NCBI GenBank assembly: GCA_001801815.1
Contig: MGXU01000002.1
Coordinates: 4,267-28,266 of the forward strand
Length of the DNA stretch: 24,000 bases
Reading direction: 5' to 3'
Source of the DNA: Gammaproteobacteria bacterium RIFCSPHIGHO2_12_FULL_36_30
GTDB lineage: Bacteria; Pseudomonadota; Gammaproteobacteria; Coxiellales; Coxiellaceae
The notes beneath the pieces are model-generated. The model did no database searches. It had not been told where the DNA came from and saw only the letters and a program-made list of their open reading frames with translations. Below, piece by piece: positions 1 through 6,881 of the stretch (the first letter of the stretch is position 1; each line of letters starts with the position of its first letter). A program made the position numbers and the translations under genes.

Positions 1-1
1 A

Positions 2-3000
2 TATTCGTATACTTACGATGATCCTAACGCAAACATGGGATGTCCTGGCGATACTAGTTATAACGCTTATGTGTTTAATGGATCTGCTGCCCCAAGCATT
101 AGTTATTTGACACCGGTTGATGGTATTCAAGTAACTTCAACTAATGCAGGCGCTACTTTTGTGTGGGATGCGCCGATGGATTCCGCAACAAATCCCGTGA
201 TCACTTACACTGCAACAGTTATGCAAAATGGTGTTGCTATTACAAATGGTACTTGCACCAGCACTTCGCCAGCCACTACATGCAACGTTTCTAATCTTGT
301 TAAAAATACACCGTATCAAGTGCAAATTAGTGCAACCGATGGAACCAATACATCGCAATCTAAGATTTATAATTTTTCAACACAAGGTGGCACAGCTCCA
401 GAAACAATGACTGTTTCAGCACCAACCGTTACACAAAATGGTCAGATGAATACGATTAATTTGAATTGGAGTGCTGCGCAAGATCCAACACCAAATCACA
501 CACCAATTACTTATACAGTAACTGCTAAGCTCGATGGAAATATTGCGGCTACACAATCCAACATTTCCGGTACATCAACTAGTCTTACAGATTTGATTCC
601 AGGATTTTCTTATGTGGTAACAGTGACTGCACAGGATACTGTTTCATATAATGGTTACATGGTGCCGAATTCAGGTTCCGCAAATACTTCATATCGACTC
701 ATATCGCCACCATACAATGTGAGTGTGCCAAACGTTGCAGCGACTTCTGCTGAAGTGACTTGGTTACCCGGCACTCATGCGAGCGACGTTACACTTATAG
801 CGCAAGCAACATCAACGAGCGGCGCAACTATTTCTTCACCTTCTGTTCCCGGCACAAGCAAAAATACAACGATAACAGGATTACATAAAAATACACCTTA
901 CAATCTTGTTATTCAGGCAACTGATGGCAGCAATTATGTCAACTCAGCGCAAATTAGTTTTACAACACCTGGATCAAACAAAAGAGATAAGATGACTATG
1001 CCTCTTATCACTCAACCGATTATTGCTGGACAAACTACTGCGCCAGTAAGTTGGTCTGCAGCTACTGATACATTAAATAAACCGGTTAGTTATGAAGTTC
1101 TTGCATCGCCAGTATCAACTGGTTCTATGCCAACACCAATACAAACATCAAACACTTCAACAACATTAACTGGATTGATTCCGAACACTGCATACACAGT
1201 GACAGTCATCGCTTCAGACGGAACGGCATCACGTGCATCAGTTCCTGCTTCATTTAAAACAGAAGCTTCACCACTTGTAATTGGGCAACCAACCGCAATG
1301 CTTTTGGGCACATCAACCGTGCAAATCTACTGGTATAATGGCACGTCCGATACTGATCCAAACGCAGGTTCGATTGCGTACACAGTAACTGCAACATCTT
1401 CAACAGGTGGAAAAACAGTTGCTCGCACTGTGCATGATGTTACGAACACAACCTTAAAAGGTTTATCTGCTGGCGCAACTTACACTGTAGTTGTAACTGG
1501 TCAAGATAGTGATCCTGTTGCACCAAATACAGCAACATCACAACAATCCGCTTCGTTTAGAATACCAACACCACATTTCAGAATTTATGATGTGACTGCG
1601 ACTGGTGTTGACCATGGTGGTGCACAAGTTAATTGGGCTCACACTAATACTTATCCAGCACATGGCACTATTCACTACACGGTAAGTGCATTATCGCAAA
1701 ATGGTGGTGCGCCAAAAACTGCTAAAGATATCACAGGAAATACTGTTACATTGCATGGATTAACCCATGGCAAAACTTATCAAGTAATTGTGTTTGGTGA
1801 AGATCATCATAAACATCGTGCAAAATCATTACCATCCGCATCGTTCACGCCAGGCTACACTTTGACAATTGCACAACCGATTGTACCGCTCGCTCATGTT
1901 GGCGATACAAAAGCAGTAGTTGATGTTAGTTATAATTATTATACTTATGACGGTCCAGCATCACCAAGTTTCACTATAACTGGCACATCAAAAGATGGTG
2001 GCGCGCAAGTAGGTCCAAAACCAATACCGTATGGATCAACATACGTGACCGGATTTACACCAGGCGCAACATATACTGTAGTTGTGAATGGTAAAGATCA
2101 ATATGGTAATACGGCAGTGTCAATACCGTCTGTTCCATTTACAATGACGAAGTACACTTTACTACCTGCAACGGGTGTCAATGTACCGTTATCTGGTGTC
2201 GGTTATACTGATGCAACGGTAAACTGGACAGCCGCAAGTGATAGCGATACAAATGCAACGATTAATTACACTGTCAATGTGTCTACATCACAAGACGGCA
2301 GCAATCCAAATAAAGTGGTTGTACCAAGTGGTTCGTGTAATGCTTCATTGCAATGTAGTTATGAAGTGAATGGGTTGAATCCAAATACACCATACTACGT
2401 AGTTGTTGAAGCAACTGATAACCACGGCAATGATAAAACATCATCTCCAGAAGTACCATTTACCACAGCAAGTTATGTTTTCACAATTCCGCAACCGGCT
2501 GTAACTGGTATGACACAAACAACAGCAAATATTGATACTGGGTTGCCTAACGATACCTATCCAAATCAAACTAGCGCTCCAACTTTCACTGTGACTGGTA
2601 TATCGACAAATGGTGGTGCGCAAGTTGGTCCAGAATCGATACCTGTTGGAACGACACAAGTAACAGGATTTACTCCAGGCGCAACTTATAACGTGACTGT
2701 GAATGGTGTTGATAGTCTTGGTAATAAAGCAACATCACCACAATCCGCTCAATTTACTATGCTGCCATACACTGTTACTCAACCTGTTGTTGGCACAATG
2801 TCGCCAGGTACTGATCCAACCACTCAAGAAGTGATTAACTGGTCCGCATCTAACGATCAACCAACTAATTCATCACAAGTGATTACTTATGCTGTGACAG
2901 CAACGCCAGTATCGGGTGGAACACCGGTTGTTAATAACGGTTTAACTACAACTCAAGACAACATGCAAGGTTTGGTCCCAAATACAACTTATAACGTATC

Positions 3001-3358
3001 GGTAACAGCGACAGATCAAGCTGGAAATACAAGCACATCTCCAACGCCGAATCCGACGTTTACGACTCAACAAGCGGCAACTCCACTGAGTGTTATGTAT
3101 GATTCAAGTGGTCGCACCTCAACATCGGCACGTGTTTACTGGAATCGCGTACCAGGTGAAACATGTAGTGACAATGTTGTTGCGACTGCAACACCAGCAA
3201 ATGGCGCACCAATTGTAGGTCAGGTGATTTGTGGACGCGAACAAGAAGTTTTCGCTAAGTTCAATGGACTTTCTTCAAGTCAATCTTACAACGCAGTTGT
3301 TGAACTGACAGTGAATGGCCAGCTGTATAAAGGATCAGCAGAAATTCCAGCTTGGTAA
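2..3358 (+). CDS. Large exported/surface repeat protein built from at least 11 tandem fibronectin type III (FN3)-like modules; 5' end lies outside the window
   Basis: The frame is open from nt 2, with no stop before the first ATG at 35, so the ORF is probably cut by the window edge. The translation is periodic at about 99 aa and carries FN3 hallmarks. These are a strand-B Trp (ATFVWDA, INLNWSA, VSWSAA, VNWTAA, INWSAS), I-x-Y-x-V (ITYTATV, ITYTVTA, IAYTVTA, INYTVNV, ITYAVTA), and the L-x-G-L-x-P-N-T-x-Y-x-V-x-V-x-A-x-D tyrosine-corner motif (NTPYQVQISATDG, NTAYTVTVIASDG, NTPYYVVVEATDNHGN, NTTYNVSVTATDQAGN). The protein is Thr/Ser/Asn-rich. Apart from one N-terminal Cys, cysteines occur only as intramodule pairs (codons at 254/281, 2336/2354, 3164/3230). 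The TAA stop at 3356-3358 is followed by a strong terminator. Confidence 0.85.
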   Translation, partial: YSYTYDDPNANMGCPGDTSYNAYVFNGSAAPSISYLTPVDGIQVTSTNAGATFVWDAPMDSATNPVITYTATVMQNGVAITNGTCTSTSPATTCNVSNLVKNTPYQVQISATDGTNTSQSKIYNFSTQGGTAPETMTVSAPTVTQNGQMNTINLNWSAAQDPTPNHTPITYTVTAKLDGNIAATQSNISGTSTSLTDLIPGFSYVVTVTAQDTVSYNGYMVPNSGSANTSYRLISPPYNVSVPNVAATSAEVTWLPGTHASDVTLIAQATSTSGATISSPSVPGTSKNTTITGLHKNTPYNLVIQATDGSNYVNSAQISFTTPGSNKRDKMTMPLITQPIIAGQTTAPVSWSAATDTLNKPVSYEVLASPVSTGSMPTPIQTSNTSTTLTGLIPNTAYTVTVIASDGTASRASVPASFKTEASPLVIGQPTAMLLGTSTVQIYWYNGTSDTDPNAGSIAYTVTATSSTGGKTVARTVHDVTNTTLKGLSAGATYTVVVTGQDSDPVAPNTATSQQSASFRIPTPHFRIYDVTATGVDHGGAQVNWAHTNTYPAHGTIHYTVSALSQNGGAPKTAKDITGNTVTLHGLTHGKTYQVIVFGEDHHKHRAKSLPSASFTPGYTLTIAQPIVPLAHVGDTKAVVDVSYNYYTYDGPASPSFTITGTSKDGGAQVGPKPIPYGSTYVTGFTPGATYTVVVNGKDQYGNTAVSIPSVPFTMTKYTLLPATGVNVPLSGVGYTDATVNWTAASDSDTNATINYTVNVSTSQDGSNPNKVVVPSGSCNASLQCSYEVNGLNPNTPYYVVVEATDNHGNDKTSSPEVPFTTASYVFTIPQPAVTGMTQTTANIDTGLPNDTYPNQTSAPTFTVTGISTNGGAQVGPESIPVGTTQVTGFTPGATYNVTVNGVDSLGNKATSPQSAQFTMLPYTVTQPVVGTMSPGTDPTTQEVINWSASNDQPTNSSQVITYAVTATPVSGGTPVVNNGLTTTQDNMQGLVPNTTYNVSVTATDQAGNTSTSPTPNPTFTTQQAATPLSVMYDSSGRTSTSARVYWNRVPGETCSDNVVATATPANGAPIVGQVICGREQEVFAKFNGLSSSQSYNAVVELTVNGQLYKGSAEIPAW
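89..3355 (+). repeat. Tandem array of 11 FN3-like coding modules (about 273-321 nt each)
   Basis: Approximate module boundaries read from the translation are 89, 392, 701, 974, 1268, 1571, 1856, 2153, 2474, 2765, 3074 and 3355. Tyrosine-corner landmarks recur about every 290-320 nt, near 310, 610, 895, 1190, 1480, 1775, 2065, 2390, 2685, 2985 and 3285. Confidence 0.8.
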
Positions 3359-3383
3359 TTAAATTAATCAGCCCTTTTAAAAC

Positions 3384-3419
3384 AAACCCCTTGGAAAAAA
3401 TCAAGGGGTTTTTGTTTTT
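3384..3419 (+). terminator. Rho-independent terminator of the FN3-repeat gene
   Basis: A perfect 10-bp stem pairs AAACCCCTTG (3384-3393) with CAAGGGGTTT (3402-3411). The loop is 8 nt (GAAAAAAT) and is followed by a T-rich tail, TTGTTTTT. Confidence 0.85.
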
Positions 3420-3473
3420 GGCAAAATGCTTTAGTATGTGTAAAGCGATACAATTCATTCAAGGGAAATTCAC

Positions 3474-4160
3474 ATGTCATTTAAAAAAATAATATTGTTT
3501 AGCGTGGTTGCGTCTACTGGATTTAGCGTGATTAATGCGATGGCAAATAGTCAGGGCATTTATATCGAAGGTAATGCAGGCTACGCGCGTCAGAATTATT
3601 TTTCCAATGAAAGTTGGGATGGTATTTCTCCATCATCCGCTGTTGGTGCAGTTGGTACAGCATACAATAACAATAGCAATGTTACCGGCGGTTTTTCTGG
3701 TGGCGTTGATGCTGGTTACCAATTTAATCAAAATTTTGCAATTGAGCTGGGTTGGTTTTATTTACCTAGCGTAAATGTAATGCAAACAGGTTCAGCTGGC
3801 CAAACAGCCGCTTATTTAACTAGTTGGGCATTATATTTGGCAGGTAAATACATGATGCCATTATCTTGGATGAATAATACAGATGCATTTTTTAAATTGG
3901 GAGCTGAATATCGTACCGCAACACTCCCGACGGCTGCACAAACTGGATACTCGACTTCAACAGGAAATTCTAGTTTTGTACGTCCCATGTTTGCAACTGG
4001 TTTGGATTATCATTTCAATCAAGAATTTCTCGGCATTATTCAATATGCTTATTTTATGGGTGCTAACAACTCATTTGGATCAACTACTGGAGCAGGTCCA
4101 ATGGGAACAGTTGCCGCAAATGTATTTACGTTAGGTCTCGGTTATCAGTTTAACGTTTAA
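3474..4160 (+). CDS. Outer-membrane beta-barrel protein (OmpA-like/OMP_b-brl type small porin-fold protein) with signal peptide
   Basis: The N-terminus MSFKKIILFSVVASTGFSVINAMA-NSQ is a Sec signal peptide. The mature part has alternating aromatic/Gly-rich beta-strand patterns (GYARQNYF, DAGYQFNQNFAIELGWFY, GLDYHFNQEFLGIIQYAYF). The C-terminal strand is FTLGLGYQFNV. An AAGGGA sequence lies upstream of the ATG. Confidence 0.75.
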   Translation: MSFKKIILFSVVASTGFSVINAMANSQGIYIEGNAGYARQNYFSNESWDGISPSSAVGAVGTAYNNNSNVTGGFSGGVDAGYQFNQNFAIELGWFYLPSVNVMQTGSAGQTAAYLTSWALYLAGKYMMPLSWMNNTDAFFKLGAEYRTATLPTAAQTGYSTSTGNSSFVRPMFATGLDYHFNQEFLGIIQYAYFMGANNSFGSTTGAGPMGTVAANVFTLGLGYQFNV

Positions 4161-4187
4161 AAACACGGTATTTCCTTTTTCTACAAT

Positions 4188-4232
4188 TCGGTTATAGTGC
4201 CTGAATATATTTTCGCGAGGCACTATGATTGA
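4188..4232 (+). promoter_or_regulatory. Stem-loop that sequesters the ubiK Shine-Dalgarno sequence and start codon
   Basis: Nt 4188-4202 (TCGGTTATAGTGCCT) pair with 4218-4232 (AGGCACTATGATTGA). That gives 15 contiguous pairs, 12 Watson-Crick and 3 G-U. The loop is 15 nt (4203-4217). The 3' arm contains AGG of the GAGG SD (4217-4220) and the ATG (4225-4227). Confidence 0.55.
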
Positions 4233-4458
4233 TCCAAAAAATATCAACGACATTATTCAAAATATTTTTGATTCCATGCCGCCCGGTTTAAAAAATATGC
4301 CAACAGAAATGAAAAGTAATTTTCGTGCTGCAATTAACGGTGTTTTTGAACGTCTCGATTTAGTCACACGCGAAGAATTCGACATTCAATGCGCCGTACT
4401 TTTACGCACACGTGAAAAATTAGAAATGCTTGAAGAGAAATTAAACAGCGCAAAATAA
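4225..4458 (+). CDS. ubiK: Ubiquinone biosynthesis accessory factor UbiK (YqiC/BMFP family)
   Basis: The 77-aa protein starts MIDPKNINDI. It has the family-typical C-terminal coiled-coil segment RLDLVTREEFDIQCAVLLRTREKLEMLEEKL. Confidence 0.75.
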   Translation: MIDPKNINDIIQNIFDSMPPGLKNMPTEMKSNFRAAINGVFERLDLVTREEFDIQCAVLLRTREKLEMLEEKLNSAK

Positions 4459-4479
4459 TATTGTAAACGGATACATCAC

Positions 4480-5994
4480 ATGTCCCTCGCCATCGTCCAC
4501 AGCCGCGCAAACTTAGGCATGACAGCGCCGCTTGTTACAATCGAAGTGCATTTATCTGCTGGATTGCCGGGTTTGTGCATCGTCGGTTTGCCTGAAAAAG
4601 CAGTAAAAGAAAGCAAAGATCGTGTGCGCTCTGCAATTTTAAATAATAATTTTGAATTTCCAACACGTCGGATTGTCATTAATTTAGCGCCTGCAGATTT
4701 ACCAAAAGAAGGCGGACGTTTTGATTTGCCGATTGCAATTGGAATTTTAGCAGCACACGGACAAATTCCAATTGAAAATTTAAATCAATACGAAATTGTC
4801 GGCGAACTTGCATTAACCGGTGCATTAAATTCCGTCAAAGGAATTTTACCGATGGCATTAGCAACAAAACAAATGCAACGCAAATTAATATTACCAAAAA
4901 CAAATGCAGCTGAAGCATCACTCGCTTCTGATTTATCTATTTTTCCAGCAGAAAATTTGCAATCCGTTGTCGCACATTTAGCCAGACAACAATTAATTGA
5001 AAAATATCATGAGAACTCTTGTAATGTTACAACATTACAACAGTATCCTGATTTAGCAGATGTGCGTGGACAAACACATGCAAAGCGCGCACTTGAAATT
5101 GCAGCAGCAGGTGCGCACAGTATTTTATTTACAGGTCCACCTGGAACTGGAAAAACAATGTTATCAAGTAGATTACCTGGAATTTTGCCCGAAATGAGCG
5201 ACACAGAATCACAAGAAACAGCGGTAATTTATTCTGTCAGCACACAAGGTTTTGATGCAAAACACTGGAAAATGCGGCCTTTTCGCGCACCACATCACAC
5301 TGCATCCAGCGTTGCATTAGTTGGCGGCGGCAGTCCGCCAAAACCCGGCGAAATTTCACTCGCGCACAACGGCGTTTTATTTTTAGATGAATTACCTGAA
5401 TTTCATCGTCACGTTTTAGATGCATTACGTGAACCATTAGAATCAGGTTTCGTCACAATTTCGCGTGCCGCACGACAAGAAAAATTTCCATCCAAATTTC
5501 AATTTGTCGCTGCAATGAATCCTTGCCCATGCGGTTATTATGGCGATCCCAGCGGACGTTGTAATTGCGCAAGCGAACAAGTTGCGCGTTATCAAAGTCG
5601 TTTATCAGGTCCATTATTAGATCGCATTGATTTACATGTCACGGTTCCTCCATTACCACCAACATTATTATTAGACCAACAAAAAGAGAAAGCAGAATCG
5701 AGCGCAATGGTTCGCAAAAGAATTTTATCTGCGCGACAAAAACAATATCGTCGATCACAATGTACAAACGCACAATTGATCGGTGAACAAGTTACACAAC
5801 ATTGCAGCGTCGAAAAAAAAGATTTAATTTTTTTAGAAAACGCCATGATCAAATTAGGATTATCCGCCCGCGCCTATCATCGAATTTTAAAATTATCGCG
5901 CACGATTGCTGATTTAGATGACGCAGCACACATTTCGCAAAAGCATTTACAAGAAGCATTAAGTTATCGATTAATAAAATCGGAGCGCACATGA
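4480..5994 (+). CDS. comM: YifB/ComM family Mg-chelatase-like AAA+ ATPase (competence/recombination helicase ComM)
   Basis: The protein is 504 aa. It has an N-terminal Lon-protease-like domain (VHSRANLGMTAPLVTIEVHLSAGLPGLCIVGLPEKAVKESKDRVRSAI). Walker A is GPPGTGKTM and Walker B is VLFLDELPEF. A Cys cluster CPCGYYGDPSGRCNC is present, and the C-terminal ChlI-like segment is SARAYHRILKLSRTIADL. Confidence 0.9.
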   Translation: MSLAIVHSRANLGMTAPLVTIEVHLSAGLPGLCIVGLPEKAVKESKDRVRSAILNNNFEFPTRRIVINLAPADLPKEGGRFDLPIAIGILAAHGQIPIENLNQYEIVGELALTGALNSVKGILPMALATKQMQRKLILPKTNAAEASLASDLSIFPAENLQSVVAHLARQQLIEKYHENSCNVTTLQQYPDLADVRGQTHAKRALEIAAAGAHSILFTGPPGTGKTMLSSRLPGILPEMSDTESQETAVIYSVSTQGFDAKHWKMRPFRAPHHTASSVALVGGGSPPKPGEISLAHNGVLFLDELPEFHRHVLDALREPLESGFVTISRAARQEKFPSKFQFVAAMNPCPCGYYGDPSGRCNCASEQVARYQSRLSGPLLDRIDLHVTVPPLPPTLLLDQQKEKAESSAMVRKRILSARQKQYRRSQCTNAQLIGEQVTQHCSVEKKDLIFLENAMIKLGLSARAYHRILKLSRTIADLDDAAHISQKHLQEALSYRLIKSERT

Positions 5995-6041
5995 CAGGGA
6001 GCCGCCGCTAAGCTAAGCGATGTCTTCCGCATACTGTATGC

Positions 6042-6068
6042 TATACTATAACCTAGTTCACAAACTAG
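6042..6068 (+). promoter_or_regulatory. Putative vapBC promoter -10 element plus inverted-repeat operator
   Basis: TATACT lies at 6042-6047. It is followed by the inverted repeat CTAGTT (6053-6058) / AACTAG (6063-6068) with a 4-nt spacer, 15 nt upstream of the vapB ATG. GGAG at 6075-6078 is the SD. No convincing -35 element is present. Confidence 0.35.
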
Positions 6069-6083
6069 TTTATCGGAGCCATT

Positions 6084-6329
6084 ATGTACATCGAAATCGG
6101 CGCATTTGACGCAAAAGCCAAATTATCAGAGTTATTACGCCATGTTCAGCAAGGGCAATGCTATACGATTACCATTCGAGGCCGTCCCATTGCTAATTTG
6201 GTACCTAGTGATCATAACGAACAACACAACACGCATAACGCTATAGAAAATATGCGCGCGATAAAAAAGATACGCGGCGTGAGTAAAACTAAAATTAAAG
6301 AGTGGATAAACGAAGGTAGACGATCATGA
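6084..6329 (+). CDS. vapB: Type II antitoxin (Phd/YefM-like N-terminal fold) paired with PIN toxin
   Basis: The 81-aa protein has the N-terminus MYIEIGAFDAKAKLSELLRHVQQGQCYTITIRGRPIANLVP, typical of Phd/YefM-type antitoxins. It has a basic C-terminal tail. Its stop overlaps the downstream PIN gene start (ATGA, 6326-6329). Confidence 0.75.
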   Translation: MYIEIGAFDAKAKLSELLRHVQQGQCYTITIRGRPIANLVPSDHNEQHNTHNAIENMRAIKKIRGVSKTKIKEWINEGRRS

Positions 6330-6742
6330 TCATTCTCGATGCATCAATGGCACTCGCGTGGATTTTTGAACGCGACAATAAAAAAGAAGCAATATGTGCG
6401 GATCATGTATTGCAAAAAATGGAATCGATGGAAACTATAGTTCCACCCTTGTGGCATAGTGAAATATCAAATGCGTTGCTGGTTGGCGAACGTCGAAAAG
6501 TTGTAACAGAAGCACAAGTGATCGATTATTTAAATCGATTATCACATTTGCCGTTAACGACAGATACTGCATCACCCGCCAATATTCGCGGATTAATTTT
6601 ATCATTAGCGCGTGAATATAATTTAACTGCATATGATGCAACTTATTTAGAATTGGCATTACGAACAAAATCAACACTCGCCACTTTTGATAATAAATTA
6701 GCGATTGCGATGAAAAAAGCAGGTGGAGAAATTTTTCACTAG
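6326..6742 (+). CDS. vapC: PIN-domain ribonuclease toxin VapC
   Basis: The protein is 138 aa. The acidic PIN quartet is at the expected spacing: D5 (MIILDAS), E46 (HSEISN), D103 (TAYDATYLELAL) and D121 (ATFDNKL). The gene shows 4-nt translational coupling with the upstream antitoxin. Confidence 0.8.
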   Translation: MIILDASMALAWIFERDNKKEAICADHVLQKMESMETIVPPLWHSEISNALLVGERRKVVTEAQVIDYLNRLSHLPLTTDTASPANIRGLILSLAREYNLTAYDATYLELALRTKSTLATFDNKLAIAMKKAGGEIFH

Positions 6743-6755
6743 TATATTTCATCCT

Positions 6756-6783
6756 TTGTTTTCAGCACAATCGATAGTACTAT
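6756..6783 (+). promoter_or_regulatory. Candidate sigma-70 promoter for tRNA-Arg
   Basis: TTGTTT (6756-6761), a 16-nt spacer, then TACTAT (6778-6783). The mature tRNA 5' end at 6793 is 9 nt downstream of the -10 element. Confidence 0.4.
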
Positions 6784-6792
6784 TGCAATTAA

Positions 6793-6866
6793 GCGCTCGT
6801 AGCTCAGTTGGATAGAGTGTCGGTTTCCGAAACCGAAGGTCACAAGTTCGAATCTTGTCGAGCGCA
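6793..6866 (+). tRNA. tRNA-Arg (anticodon CCG), CCA not encoded
   Basis: A manual cloverleaf fold works throughout. The acceptor stem pairs GCGCTCG (6793-6799) with CGAGCGC (6859-6865). The D-arm is GCTC-AGTTGGATA-GAGT. The anticodon stem pairs TCGGT with ACCGA around the loop TTCCGAA, with anticodon CCG at 6827-6829. The variable loop is AGGTC. The T-arm is ACAAG-TTCGAAT-CTTGT. The discriminator is A6866. Confidence 0.93.
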
Positions 6867-6881
6867 GGATTTCCTGTCAGG

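Noticed and set aside
137-410. Short ORFs 137..358(-) and 228..410(+) inside the FN3 gene. Similar nested ORFs lie at 1090..1311(-), 2441..2659(-) and 3261..3458(-).
   Set aside because: They lie entirely within, or antisense to, a long ORF with clear periodic domain structure. Their translations are Cys/Ile/Arg-rich shadow-frame sequence with no motifs, and 3261..3458 runs through the terminator hairpin.
3483-3489. Homopolymer tracts near gene starts, A7 in OMP codons 4-6 and T8 at 23632-23639 (MFS codons 7-9), considered as possible phase-variation switches.
   Set aside because: Tracts of 7-8 A/T are expected by chance at this AT content (Lys AAA codons), are shorter than typical contingency-locus tracts, and show no associated out-of-frame alternative ORFs.
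6031-6050. A LexA/SOS-box-like sequence, ATACTGTATGCTATACTATA, upstream of vapB.
   Set aside because: Only the left half-site (TACTGTAT) matches CTGT-N8-ACAG. The right half reads CTAT instead of ACAG. It is more simply explained as the AT-rich -10 region of the vapBC promoter.
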